From positions 464,226-528,225 of the forward strand of contig OZ025699.1 in NCBI GenBank assembly GCA_964019335.1: DNA of 64,000 bases, read 5' to 3'. Positions 10,870 through 22,072 of the stretch are shown here, in pieces. This DNA is from Diplonema japonicum. Lineage: Eukaryota > Protista > Euglenozoa: Diplonemea. The position numbers and the translations under genes are program-made. Each line of letters begins with the position of its first letter. Within the stretch, counting starts at the first letter, position 1. Below the pieces are notes generated by a model. It made no database searches. It saw nothing but the letters and a program-made list of their open reading frames with translations, and was not told where the DNA came from.

Positions 10870-12288
10870 GAAGGGTGTTTGAAAAAAAAAAAAAGAGAGA
10901 GAATAGTAGACTCGTACCCCCTCCCATTTTTACTGAATTCCGATCTAATCAAAAAGGAGTTCTAAATGCTTTATTTTTTTTCTCTTCTCTTCTACAAGAG
11001 AAAAAAAAAAAAGAAATTATTTTTTTTATTATGCCCCTTGTGCTTTTGTGCCGAGCAAAAAGTTTTTTTTTTTTTTTCTACTTTTACTCGTGCGAAACAA
11101 CAAATGCACACATGTCATAATAAGAATTTTTTTTTTCTTCCTTTTTCTCTCTCTCACTTTTTCTTTCTTTTATTTCCCTTCCCTTCTATTACAACCAAAA
11201 AAAAAAAAGGGGGTTTCTCAGAGCTCTTCGTAGCTGGACCCCTTCTATCTTATACTTCAAAAAATACCCCCTTCCCTTCCCTCCCCCATTCCAATTATTT
11301 TTTTTGTTTCTTTACCTTCTTTTCCCCCCCTTTTCTTTTGTTACGACTTCTGCCTTTTGTTGGCTGCTCTAGACAGGTATTGAGGCAAAAGCCGCCATCT
11401 TTCTTAGAATGAAGCCCTCAGTTCCACAGCCCACTCTGTGGGCTGTGAGGAAAAGCCATCGTTCTTCTTTTATGTGCGGTGCCGACTGGCCAGGAGCTTG
11501 GCAGCTGTTTTTGCTTGAGTCGTTCCTTTCCTTTCTTTTTTTTTTTTTTTTTTTCTTTCTCTTTTTCTTTTTTAAATTCCATTTTTAAAACCTAAACAGT
11601 GCGCATCTCCCTTGCATACTGAAAATTTTATCGAAAAATCTTAAAATCTCATATACATCAGCTGCTACGGCAGCTGAAGGGCTCTCTATTCCCCGCACCC
11701 CGCCCCGCCCCACCCCTCTTATTGCTCCCATTGAAAATTTCCCAGCTGGTTGCAGTTGTTTTCCCGCTTTTTTTTTTTTTTTTTTTAAATTTTCTTTTTT
11801 TTTTTTTTTTCTGGTTTCTTTCTGTTCTTTTATATTTATAAATATATATAGATAGATATATATATTTCTTTTTCTTCTTTTTATTTTCTCTTTTTTTTTT
11901 TTTTTTTTTTTTGCAAGAAAAGGATATGTTGGCTGGATATCTACATTCCCAATTCCCCCTTTTTTTTTCCCCCCACTGCCTTGCTCGAGAACATTCGAGC
12001 AGATGTAGAAAAGGTAGAGAGAAACCGAAAGAAGAAGACGACAATGGCAACAAAAAAAAAAGGAAAAAAAAAAAAAGGAAAAAAAAAGCGGCTTTATTTT
12101 TTCTCGGCAAAATGAATAGTAAAACAACTGTGCATCTCCCCCCTCCCCCCCCCCCCCCCTCCCTCCCCTTTTCTTCTTCCTCTTTTTCTTGTCCCTCCCT
12201 CCCTCCTTCCTTTCTTTTTTTTCCCCCCCCTCTCTTTCTCTCCCCGTTTTACCGCACAGTTCCCACCCCCCCCAAAAAAAATAAAAAC

Positions 12289-13620
12289 ATGCTTAGCCTT
12301 CGGGTAGAGGAAGATTGCGTTCCGTTCGTGTCCGATAAGAAGGCGTGCGAGTCCCCCTTCGACACCCGCAGCACGAAGAAGCTCATGAAAGACCTGGGAT
12401 GGTCGCTGGACAACTGGACAGACTCGCTCCTCGAACAGCTCAACACAGACAGCGACGAGAAGCTCAGCAATGTTCTACGCATCATACTAAACAGCAGTAC
12501 GTGCAAGGACAAGGTGTCTGTCAACAGACTTTTCACAGAAGCTGCCCGCCGTGGCCTTCCTAAGTGTGTGCAATACCTCACCGACGAGCAGAATGTGAAC
12601 AGCTACGCCTACGCATTGTACTGTGCAGTGGCCGCTAGCCACGGGGACGTCGTAAGGGTTCTTTTGAAACACACCGAATATGTCAGCCCGTTGGTCGTTT
12701 ATAAAGCCGCTCGTAACAATGACACCACAATTTTGGAAATGCTCCTTTCGCACGGTGGGGGCCTGAACGAGATGCTTCCCAGTGGTATGGCGCCTCTTCA
12801 CGACGCGGTACGGCGCCGTGACGTCACTTGCGTGCAGATACTTCTTGTGTATGGTGCGGATCCTAATGTGGAAACCGCTGCCAAGGAGACGCCCGTGTTT
12901 GTTGCATCAAGAAAAGGATACGTTGGCATCTTAAAGCTGCTGTTGTCGTACGGTGGGAAACCGAACACAGGTTCCGGATACGGTCCGCTGCACACCGCGG
13001 TGCTACGGGGCAACGACCGACAACTTCGAAAACAGATTCAGGAAAACAAATTCATCCATCCTGTGTTAACCTGCGCACCACCACCACGCACAAAGTACTC
13101 CACTGTGGTGGAACTGCTTCTTGCCTATGGAGGGGATCCTAACGCGCTTTCATGCGATGGGCATTCACCTTTACATCTTGCCGTCATGGTGCACAGCGAT
13201 ACTTTAGCGAGATTGCTACTCGCGCACAATGCAAATCCCAATGTGAAGACTTTTAATGGAGCGACGCCGTTGGCTTTCGCTGTGACGTTGGACGCGATGT
13301 GTGGTGGGACTTCCTTCGCTGAGATGCTGCTTGAATATGGAAGTGATCCTGGAGTGATGGATGCCCGGGGGTGGACACCGGTGAATGTCGCAGTTGCTTT
13401 CAAGGATAAGGCGTTGGAACGGGTGCTGCTTGATTCATCGAAGAAGGTGAAACGGGCGAGGAAAGCGACGCGTGCCTGTTACAGCCAGGGTGCCACGCCG
13501 CCGCCGCCGCGCTCGCCGCCTTCTTGTCGAACGTTGAACGTTTCCTCCGTTTTTAGAAGCAGCGTTGTGAAAGGCGGGGCCATGGCTTCGAGGCAATGTG
13601 TTTGTGTTTTGTTGCCGTGA
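12289..13620 (+). CDS. Ankyrin-repeat protein
   Basis: Repeated G-x-(T/S/A)PLH-x-A...LL..GA(D/N)PN motifs. Likely start is ATG 12289, after a polypyrimidine tract and CAG (12257-12259); the upstream part of ORF 11911 is homopolymer noise. Confidence 0.85.
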   Translation: MLSLRVEEDCVPFVSDKKACESPFDTRSTKKLMKDLGWSLDNWTDSLLEQLNTDSDEKLSNVLRIILNSSTCKDKVSVNRLFTEAARRGLPKCVQYLTDEQNVNSYAYALYCAVAASHGDVVRVLLKHTEYVSPLVVYKAARNNDTTILEMLLSHGGGLNEMLPSGMAPLHDAVRRRDVTCVQILLVYGADPNVETAAKETPVFVASRKGYVGILKLLLSYGGKPNTGSGYGPLHTAVLRGNDRQLRKQIQENKFIHPVLTCAPPPRTKYSTVVELLLAYGGDPNALSCDGHSPLHLAVMVHSDTLARLLLAHNANPNVKTFNGATPLAFAVTLDAMCGGTSFAEMLLEYGSDPGVMDARGWTPVNVAVAFKDKALERVLLDSSKKVKRARKATRACYSQGATPPPPRSPPSCRTLNVSSVFRSSVVKGGAMASRQCVCVLLP

Positions 13621-13940
13621 AGAACAAAAAAAAAAAAATTTATGAACTTTTTTTTTTTTTTATCCTGGCACATAATGCTCGCGGTTTGACACGAAGCATT
13701 CTAGTTTATCTCTAAATAGATGTGCCCCCCCCTCCCCTCCCCCTCCCCCATTTGTTTTTTAAACCCCAATATGCCTACTTTATGTCTCGACACGCGACGG
13801 ACTCAGAGTCGAGGGCGTCACCATCTTACACAGAAAATATTACTTTTTTTTTTCCGTTCTTGTTATAAAACCTCTACCTATCCATCTCCTATTTTTTTTT
13901 TTTTTTCTTCTTTAGTTACTTATAGTAATTCCTTTACCAA

Positions 13941-13987
<47 letters not shown>

Positions 13988-14064
13988 AACCAACAAAAAA
14001 AAAATCAACCAGGGTTTTTTTATTTTTATTTCTTTATTCCTGCTTGAGCGATATCTCTCTGACT

Positions 14065-14226
14065 TTTTTATTTATTTTATTTTATTTTATTTTATTTTAT
14101 TTTATTTTATTTTATTTTATTTTATTTTATTTTATTTTATTTTATTTTATTTTATTTTATTTTATTTTATTTTATTTTATTTTATTTTATTTTATTTTAT
14201 TTTATTTTATTTTATTTTATTTTATT
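14065..14226. repeat. (TTTTA)n microsatellite
   Basis: Pentamer tandem run directly visible upstream of the ABCA start. Confidence 0.95.
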
Positions 14227-14327
14227 GCCCTCCCCCCCCCCCTCCTTCTTTTTTTTTTACAACAACCCCTTACTCACAGGTTTCTCCTTTTTTTGTCAAA
14301 AAAAAAAAAAAGATTAGTTCGACGGAG

Positions 14328-17300
14328 ATGACTGACACGCCCCCCCGGGCTTCCAAAATGCTCGGCAACGAAGAAGGCGGACATGGCGTGAAAGTGGGGG
14401 AATTCGAAAGGCCGAACCTCATGGCTGCGGTGTACTTCGTGATGGTGAAGAACGCGCGGCTGAAGATGCGGTCGTGGGTGGGGATGCTGGTGGAGACCCT
14501 CCTTCCCGCCCTGTTCATGACAATGCTTGTTCCCGCCTACGTCGCTGCAGGTTTTCAAAACCACGGGAACAGGGAATTCCTGGACAACCACATGAACCCC
14601 AACGATTACTTCCGTCCCTGGATGTGCACGCGGAACGGGCAGACGGTCCCTTCAGGGTACTCCCTCTGCACGGACAGTCCGCCTGAGCATCATTGCCTTG
14701 GAAACCTGTGTTTGAACTCATCTTTATCTGACAACGGTAAGGTCAGTGAAGTGCTGCAGCCGTGGTATCAAGTCACAAATTCCACGTCCATTCCCAGCTT
14801 CGATGTTGTAGCCCTGTGGAGGAACTACGCAATGACGAAATCCCTTCCTGGAGAGAGCGAGGAGGGGGTCAATATGGCGAATGCGTTGAGAACAGGGATC
14901 AACATCAGCGTGCACGGGGATGGTGCGGCACGCTTCGACGACTGGTTCACGCAGAACACGTACACGTACCAGTTCGTGAGGACGAACCAGTTTGCAACGG
15001 AGAAGGAAGCGACCGACTACGCGTCCACACGTTCCGGGTCTAGCAAGATCTGGGCTGTCATTGTCCTCACAGGAAACACCGAGATCTCCATCAGAATGAA
15101 CCGTACCTCCACGCCCACTGAGGTGGAGTCTTCTGACACCAACGGTCTTAGCGGAAGTTTCCGCACCTACCTTGGCGGGGGATTCCTCACCATCCAGACA
15201 CTCTACACTCGCAACATCACAGGGTCAACTGTTGCAGACGAGCCTCTCCTGGTCCCCATGCCCGTGCAGGGGTACCGCTCCAACAGTTTTCTGAAGAGTG
15301 CTGGAGACTTCCTCCCGATGATCATGACGCTCGCCTTCCTCTTCCCCCTCTCGCAGATCGTGTCCGCCATCGTGAAGGAGAAGGAGTCGCGCATCCGAGA
15401 GGCGATGCTCATCATGGGGCTGCCCTCCGCCGCCTTCAAGCTCTCCTGGCTCCTTACTACGATGCTTCAAATGACAATCACGGGCCTCCTCCTCTCTATT
15501 GTGGTGGTAGCCTCCTTCTTGAGCGACGTGAACTACAGCATCGTCCTCATCGTGTGCCTGAGCTACTGCCTGTCTCTGGCGGCAGCTGGAATCCTGATGT
15601 CTGTGTTCTTCTCGAAGGCGTCGCTCGCGAGTCTTGTGAGCCCGATGATCTACCTGATGACGGCGATCCCTTCGTTCATCTTGACAAATCCGGCTTTGAC
15701 TACAAAGCGGGGTTTGTCTTGCTTCAACACGTACGCCTTTTCGCAGGCCTTGGACATCCTCTTCAAGGCATCAGGCAAGGGCGACCCGATGACCTGGGGC
15801 AACGCCGGGAACGGTTCGTACTCCCTGCTGACGGCCCTGGGCTTCATGTGGGGCGACATGGTGGTCTACCTCCTGCTCGCGGCGTGGCTGGACCAGGTGC
15901 TGCCCAGCGAGTGGGGGGCGAAGAAGCCCTTCTACTACTTCTGCTGGCCGCCCTTGTGGTTCAAGTCGGAGGGGACTGAAGACGAAGATGATATTGAAGA
16001 CGGGATGATGAACCGGGACAACCTGGAGGCAATCACGGACCAGAATCTCCTCCAAAAGGAGAGGATCAAGGTGAAGAACCTTCGGAAGGAGTTCCACATG
16101 GACGGCAACACGAGAGTCGCTGTGAACAACGTGAACCTGTCGCTGTACGAGGGGCAGATCCTGGCGCTGCTGGGGCACAACGGAGCGGGGAAGACGACCC
16201 TCATCAACATGCTGACGGGGATGCTGCCTGTGACCTCGGGGGATGCCTCCGTGTTCAACAACTCGGTGCGGTACAACATGGAGGCGGTGAGGAAGGACAT
16301 CGGGCTGTGTCCGCAGCACAACATCTTGTGGGACAACATGACGTGCGCGGAGCACCTCCGCTACTACGGACGGGTGAAGGGGGTGCCCTCGGCGGAGTTG
16401 GAAGAGCACGTGGACGACATCCTGAGGAAGGTGGAGCTGGACGACAAGAAGGACGTGTACTCGATGGCGCTGTCTGGCGGGATGAAGCGGAAGCTCAGCG
16501 TGGGGATCTCCTTGATGGGGGGCCCGAAGTTCCTGATCCTCGACGAGCCGACTGCCGGGATGGACGTGCAGGCAAGGAGGGCGGTGTGGGATCTGCTGAA
16601 GACGGTGCGGGCGGGGCGCACCATCCTGCTGACGACGCACTTCATGGACGAGGCGGACCTCTTGGGGGACTCGATCGCCATCCTGCACGACGGGCGCGTG
16701 AACTGCTGGGGGTCGTCGTTCTTCCTGAAGCAGAAGCTGGGGGTGGGCTACAACCTCACCATGGAGCTGGCGCCGGGGACGAACGTCTCAACCATCACCA
16801 ACACCATCAAGGAGGAGGTGGGCCCGCTGAGGGGAGATGGTGACGAGCAAAACATCGAGCTGCTGTCGTCGGCCGGGTCGGAGCTTGCATACAGGATTCC
16901 CATGTGGGGGCTTCCGAACTTCGCGAGCCTGTTCGAACAGCTTGAGGTGAGGGGCAAGGAGCTGGGGGTCAACACCTTCGGGATAAGCGTGACGACCTTG
17001 GAGGAGATCTTCATCAAGATCGCACACGACAACACGGAGCCGACGAACACGACGCCCGACGTGCAGCCCTCGGGCACAGGGCAGCAGCATCTCCTGAAAA
17101 ACATCGACATCGACCCGGCCGACAAGATGCGGGGAGCGGAGCTCTACAGCTCGCAGTGGACGGGCCTCTTCTACAAGAGGTTCATCTACAGCAAGCGCGA
17201 CAAGTGCACCGTGTGCTTCCAACTCGTGCTGCCTGTAGTGGTGGTGCTGTTCACGCTTGCTTTGGTGACGACTTCTGTGGGTGAGCTGGGTGAGATCAGC

Positions 17301-19403
17301 CTGTGGGGGTATGAGGAGGAATCCATCTTCCCCGTGTCGCCTGTGAACAGCCCGTACGCAGTGGGAGGGTTGATCGGTGGCATGACCCCAATGCCTGCTG
17401 ACTACGGGACAGCGGCGAACATGAGCAACTACCTGCTGCACAGGGACGGGAGAAACGTGAAGTGCTGGCAGGCTCTGTTCCAAGAGACGGCCGGTTTAAC
17501 AACCCCACGAACAGCCTTCTTCAACTCAAGTGAACCACACAGCATTCCTATCATGTTGAGCGGGTACGCTTCGCTGCTTTACAGAGAGACCCAGAATGCG
17601 TCCGGTGGGATCTACGTGACGAACAGCCCCCTCCCTTACAGCGACTACTACAAAGACAGGGAGAAGTCCATGATGGCTGTGATGATCGCGATCAACATCA
17701 TCCTCCCCTTCTGCTTCATCCCCGCCAACTACGTCGCCTTCCTTGTGAGGGAGCGCGTCAGCAAGTCGAAGCACGTGCAGATCGTCTCGGGGGTGCGCCT
17801 CAGCGCCTACTGGATGTCCAACTTCTGCTGGGACCTGGTTTCCTTCATCGTCTCCACCTTCCTCTCCATCCTGATATTCCTCCTGTTCAACAGGGAAGAG
17901 TTCGTCGGGAGCTCGGAGGCCTTCATCGCCGTCTTGTTGCTGTTCTTCTTCTACGGGGTGACCGCGATCTTCGCCTCGTACTTTGCATCCTTCTACTTCG
18001 AGAGCGCCACGACGGGGCAGAACACGGTGCTGCTCGGGAACTACTTCTCGGGGTTCGCGCTGACCATCACAATCGCGATTCTGCAGCTACTCAGCTCAAC
18101 GAAGGACGTGGCGAAGGTGCTGCGGTTCATCTTCCGCGTGGTCCCGGCCTTCTGCCTCGGGGACGGGGTCCTGGCCTTGGCACAGCTGCCGGCGAACCGC
18201 AGAATGGGAGCGACCTCCGACACGCCGCTGTCGATGGACGTGGTGGGGTGGGACATCGTGTTCATGTGCATCATGTTCCCCCTGTACGCGTTTGGGGCGA
18301 TGTCGCACGACTTCCCGGAGATCTGGTACAAGCTCGGGCTGCGGACGCCTCCCAACACGGACGGGGTGGCGGACGAAAGGGCCGCCATCATGGACGACGA
18401 CGTCGCAGCGGAGAAGGCAGCGGTGATGGCGAAGCGGGACGGGGACGTGGTGGAGGTGCGCGGGGTGCGAAAGGTGTACCCGGCCCGCGGGAACCAGCCT
18501 CCGAAGGTCGCGGTGCGCGAGGTGACGTTCGGTGTGAAGACGGACGAGATCTTCGCCTTCTTGGGGACGAACGGGGCGGGGAAGACGAGCACCATCTCCG
18601 TTCTGGCGGGGGACTACGCCCCGACGGCGGGGACGGCCTCGATCAAGGGCCACGACGTAGTGACGGACGCTGCGGAGGCGAAGAGGGAGCTTGGGTACTG
18701 CCCGCAGTTCGACGCGCTGCTGGACATGCTGACGCCGAGGGAGCACATCGAGCTGTACGCCTCGCTTCGCGGGGTCCCGACAAGCATAAGGGGCGAGATG
18801 GCGAACAGCCTGATCCAGGTGCTGGGGCTGCAGGAGCACGAGAACACGGTCTGCAAGAAGCTGTCGGGAGGGAACAAGAGGAAGACGAGCATCGCGATCT
18901 CCCTGATCGGGGGCCCGTCGTGCATCCTGCTGGACGAGCCGACCGCGGGGATGGACCCTGTGGCGAGGAGGGGGATGTGGTCCGCCCTGCAAGTCATCGG
19001 GAAGGGGAGGTGCGTGGTCCTCACGACCCACCACTTGGAGGAGGTGGAGGCCCTGGCCCACCGCACGGCGATCATGGTGGACGGTGGCCTGCAGTGCTTG
19101 GGGACGCTGTCGCATTTGAAGAACAAGTTCGGCGGGGCCTACGAGGTGCAGGTGAAGGTGGCCCCCGAAGGCGAGGCAACGCTGCAGAACTTCTTCAAGA
19201 CCACCTTCCCCTCCTCCGACCTTGTGGAGCAGACCAACCACAGGCTCACCTACCAGCTCCCCGCAGGGCAGAGGCTCTCAGAGATGTTCTCCATCATCCA
19301 GTCCTCCAGGGACAAGCTAGGCATCGTGGACTACTCCATCAGCGAGACCTCCCTCGAACAGGTCTTCATTGCTATTTGCAAGAAGTATGTTTCTGAGTCA
19401 TGA
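14328..19403 (+). CDS. ABC transporter, subfamily A (full size, TMD-NBD-TMD-NBD)
   Basis: Walker A GHNGAGKTT and GTNGAGKTS; signatures LSGGMKRKLS and LSGGNKRK; LDEPTAGMD twice; ABCA hallmarks EKESRIREAMLIMGL, TTLEEIF, TSLEQVF. Confidence 0.95.
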   Translation: MTDTPPRASKMLGNEEGGHGVKVGEFERPNLMAAVYFVMVKNARLKMRSWVGMLVETLLPALFMTMLVPAYVAAGFQNHGNREFLDNHMNPNDYFRPWMCTRNGQTVPSGYSLCTDSPPEHHCLGNLCLNSSLSDNGKVSEVLQPWYQVTNSTSIPSFDVVALWRNYAMTKSLPGESEEGVNMANALRTGINISVHGDGAARFDDWFTQNTYTYQFVRTNQFATEKEATDYASTRSGSSKIWAVIVLTGNTEISIRMNRTSTPTEVESSDTNGLSGSFRTYLGGGFLTIQTLYTRNITGSTVADEPLLVPMPVQGYRSNSFLKSAGDFLPMIMTLAFLFPLSQIVSAIVKEKESRIREAMLIMGLPSAAFKLSWLLTTMLQMTITGLLLSIVVVASFLSDVNYSIVLIVCLSYCLSLAAAGILMSVFFSKASLASLVSPMIYLMTAIPSFILTNPALTTKRGLSCFNTYAFSQALDILFKASGKGDPMTWGNAGNGSYSLLTALGFMWGDMVVYLLLAAWLDQVLPSEWGAKKPFYYFCWPPLWFKSEGTEDEDDIEDGMMNRDNLEAITDQNLLQKERIKVKNLRKEFHMDGNTRVAVNNVNLSLYEGQILALLGHNGAGKTTLINMLTGMLPVTSGDASVFNNSVRYNMEAVRKDIGLCPQHNILWDNMTCAEHLRYYGRVKGVPSAELEEHVDDILRKVELDDKKDVYSMALSGGMKRKLSVGISLMGGPKFLILDEPTAGMDVQARRAVWDLLKTVRAGRTILLTTHFMDEADLLGDSIAILHDGRVNCWGSSFFLKQKLGVGYNLTMELAPGTNVSTITNTIKEEVGPLRGDGDEQNIELLSSAGSELAYRIPMWGLPNFASLFEQLEVRGKELGVNTFGISVTTLEEIFIKIAHDNTEPTNTTPDVQPSGTGQQHLLKNIDIDPADKMRGAELYSSQWTGLFYKRFIYSKRDKCTVCFQLVLPVVVVLFTLALVTTSVGELGEISLWGYEEESIFPVSPVNSPYAVGGLIGGMTPMPADYGTAANMSNYLLHRDGRNVKCWQALFQETAGLTTPRTAFFNSSEPHSIPIMLSGYASLLYRETQNASGGIYVTNSPLPYSDYYKDREKSMMAVMIAINIILPFCFIPANYVAFLVRERVSKSKHVQIVSGVRLSAYWMSNFCWDLVSFIVSTFLSILIFLLFNREEFVGSSEAFIAVLLLFFFYGVTAIFASYFASFYFESATTGQNTVLLGNYFSGFALTITIAILQLLSSTKDVAKVLRFIFRVVPAFCLGDGVLALAQLPANRRMGATSDTPLSMDVVGWDIVFMCIMFPLYAFGAMSHDFPEIWYKLGLRTPPNTDGVADERAAIMDDDVAAEKAAVMAKRDGDVVEVRGVRKVYPARGNQPPKVAVREVTFGVKTDEIFAFLGTNGAGKTSTISVLAGDYAPTAGTASIKGHDVVTDAAEAKRELGYCPQFDALLDMLTPREHIELYASLRGVPTSIRGEMANSLIQVLGLQEHENTVCKKLSGGNKRKTSIAISLIGGPSCILLDEPTAGMDPVARRGMWSALQVIGKGRCVVLTTHHLEEVEALAHRTAIMVDGGLQCLGTLSHLKNKFGGAYEVQVKVAPEGEATLQNFFKTTFPSSDLVEQTNHRLTYQLPAGQRLSEMFSIIQSSRDKLGIVDYSISETSLEQVFIAICKKYVSES

Positions 19404-19850
19404 AAGGCATAGAAGAGAGACATAGAAGAGGGGGTTTTACTTTTTACAATCAAAAAGAAAGGGGGGAAATAACATGAAGAGAGAAATGAAGAAGAAGAAA
19501 AAAAAAGGAATAAAAAGAAATTTTTAAATAAAAACCCCGCTTTCCTCCTGCTTTCCTCTTTCATTTACATTTTTTATTTTATTTTTTTTTTGAGCACAGG
19601 ATCCCGTTTCGTATTCTTGTTCTGTTTTATGCAAGAGGGGGTTCTTTTACAATCCTCAAAAAGAAATTTAATTGTCCTGGCAAAGTAAAAAAAAAAAAAA
19701 ATGTATGGGACTTATACAATAAAGGGGAGAAGAAGAAGAAAAAAAGGGAGTGGTAGTGCCTTCTTCTCTTCTTTACCCATTTTTTTTTTTAAAGCAAATT
19801 CTTTTGATTTTGTGCTTAGTGAGCCTTCAACCACAGGTGATCCAACACAG

Positions 19851-19890
<40 letters not shown>

Positions 19891-20653
19891 CCACCTTACA
19901 GCCTACATAGGAAGGAGGAAGAGAACACAGAGGGAGGAAGTGGGAGGGGCGGGGGAATCTTCCCCCCCCTCTCCCTTGCCTTAGTTCCTTTCTCTCGGCA
20001 CTTCCATATTGATTTCTTTTTTTTTTTTTTTTTTTTTTTTCTTGTTTCAATTTCAATTGTATTTACAATTCCTTCCTGGATTATCCATGAACGAACCAAA
20101 ATCCCTATCTACATGATTTCCCCCCCTCTTTTTTATTATTATTATTTTGTTTTCCCCTCCCCCATTTTGTTCCCTGTGAAGCTTTGGACATTTGAAGCAA
20201 GAGACACGTAATGATACCACAAGGACCCTGCTTTGTGGTACATTCCGTTGGCATTCTTGCCTACTCCCCGGATTGGATGGAAAAAGAAATAAGAAAAAAA
20301 AAAGAAAAAGGAAATACAACTGCAATCTGCTTGCATCTTCCCTTTTTTTTTTGTTTTGATTTTTTGAAGGCAGAAAAATTAAAATAAAATAAAATAAAAA
20401 GATGATGAACAAGAGAAGGGGAAAAAAAAAAGAAAAAAGAAAAAGTAAGGGTGTGCGTGCCAACCCTCTTTTTCTACCTTTCTCTCTCTTTTATTTCTCC
20501 CCTCCCCCCATTCTGAGCCCAGTCCTCAGGAAATATACAAAGAAAGAATTATTCATTAAAAAAAAACCTACCTCCCTTCACTTCCTTTCAATCTGCATAT
20601 TCCTTTTTTTTTTCTTTCTTTTTTTCTTTACCCACTTACTTCCATGCCTAGCT

Positions 20654-20694
<41 letters not shown>

Positions 20695-21183
20695 AGAGGA
20701 AACGAGAAGAAAAAAAAAAGAAGAGGCAGTACCCCTGCCTTGCCTTTTTCTCTTCTTCTTTTTTTTTTTTTTTTTTTTTTTGTTTGTGAGACAAGACAAG
20801 TCACAAGCAGCAGAGAAGTATATGCCCATTCCACGTTGAACATTACTTTTGCCCAAGAGAAGTACTCCTTGAACCACCCAAGCAACTGGGGAAACTTCAA
20901 AAGTAGGGGCGTAAAATATAGTTGCCCTGGAGGGGGGGGGACACTTAATATGGGTGGACACCCCCCCCCTTTTTTTCGCCTCATTACTCCAGATCTTCGA
21001 CAAACCTGTAAAAGAAAAAAAAAGCAAAGTTTTTCTGATAAAACCGACACTCCTTTCTTGGGCAAGGGGCATTCTTCTTGTTTTTTTTTTTTTTTTTTTT
21101 TTTTTTTTCGTTGACTTTCTTTCACGCTGCCCTCTTTTTTTTTTTTTTTTTTTTCCATTTTAAAAGATTCGATTCTTAAGAAA

Positions 21184-21214
<31 letters not shown>

Positions 21215-21287
21215 ACAGATTTATGTATTTCGTTTTTCTTTGTCAAAAAAAAAAAAAAAAAAAAAATTATTATCAGGTAGGGGAAAG

Positions 21288-21995
21288 ATGAACAATGAAA
21301 AGCTTGGAAGGATCCTTCAAGAAATCTTCGGCGACAAGTTGAACCGTGTCGGTGGCGGCAGGTGGATGGCTCTGCTTGAGGATGGCTTAAAGTTCCAGTG
21401 CATGACTGACGAAAGGGCAGACAGAATGCGTTTTATCGTACCGGTGATGCCCGTGGGTGGCGCACCCAATGAGTTCCTCCAAAGGCTGCTCCAAGCAAGC
21501 TTTCACTCAGCACTGGACGCAAGATACGCAATAGCCGATGGCCTTGTATGGTCATGTTTCATCCACCCCTTAGGAAGCCTTACTGAAAGCTTTGCTAAAG
21601 ATGGTGTAAAGCAGGTGCTGAAGCTAGCCCACACCACGGGTTCTACCTATTCTAGTTGTGATTTGGTTTTTGTAGGATCCGTGGAAAGGGGTGAAGCACC
21701 CAAGGCGAGAAAGACGGCTTCGGAAGCTTTTGAGGCCGCTGTACAGACTCTCAAGCCGGAGGTCCTGAACGCACCGCCTCATCTTTGCGATCCGCTGACT
21801 TTTGAGCTGCTTCAGGACCCGGTTCTGATCCCTTCCGGGCACACCTTTGAAAGGGCCACCATTATGGAGCATATTGCAAGGTTTCACAACAATCCTTTCA
21901 CCAGAGACCCGCTCAGCGTGAGCGACCTGACGCCCAACAGGGCCATCCAAGAAGCGTTGTCGGAGTGGTCTGGGTCGAGCGAAATGAACCGGTGA
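21288..21995 (+). CDS. CesT/YbjN-like (type III chaperone-fold) domain fused to a C-terminal U-box
   Basis: C-terminal LCDPLTFELLQDPVLIPSGHTFER...PFTRDPL...LTPNRAIQEALSEW is a U-box. N-terminal TDERADRMR...FHSALDARYA...WSCFIHPL...TYSS resembles a bacterial chaperone-fold family. Start is ATG 21288. Confidence 0.75.
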   Translation: MNNEKLGRILQEIFGDKLNRVGGGRWMALLEDGLKFQCMTDERADRMRFIVPVMPVGGAPNEFLQRLLQASFHSALDARYAIADGLVWSCFIHPLGSLTESFAKDGVKQVLKLAHTTGSTYSSCDLVFVGSVERGEAPKARKTASEAFEAAVQTLKPEVLNAPPHLCDPLTFELLQDPVLIPSGHTFERATIMEHIARFHNNPFTRDPLSVSDLTPNRAIQEALSEWSGSSEMNR

Positions 21996-21997
21996 TG

Positions 21998-22031
<34 letters not shown>

Positions 22032-22033
22032 CC

Positions 22034-22072
22034 AACCAACGATTCTAAAGCTACAGTTTCTGTACTTTATTG
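22034..22072 (+). other. 39-nt spliced-leader exon copy (diplonemid type) at the 5' end of a LINE
   Basis: AACCAACGATTCTAAAGCTACAGTTTCTGTACTTTATTG is 39 nt long, with the euglenozoan conserved 3' part (CAGTTTCTGTACT(T/A)TATTG) and the diplonemid AACCAACG 5' end. Confidence 0.9.
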
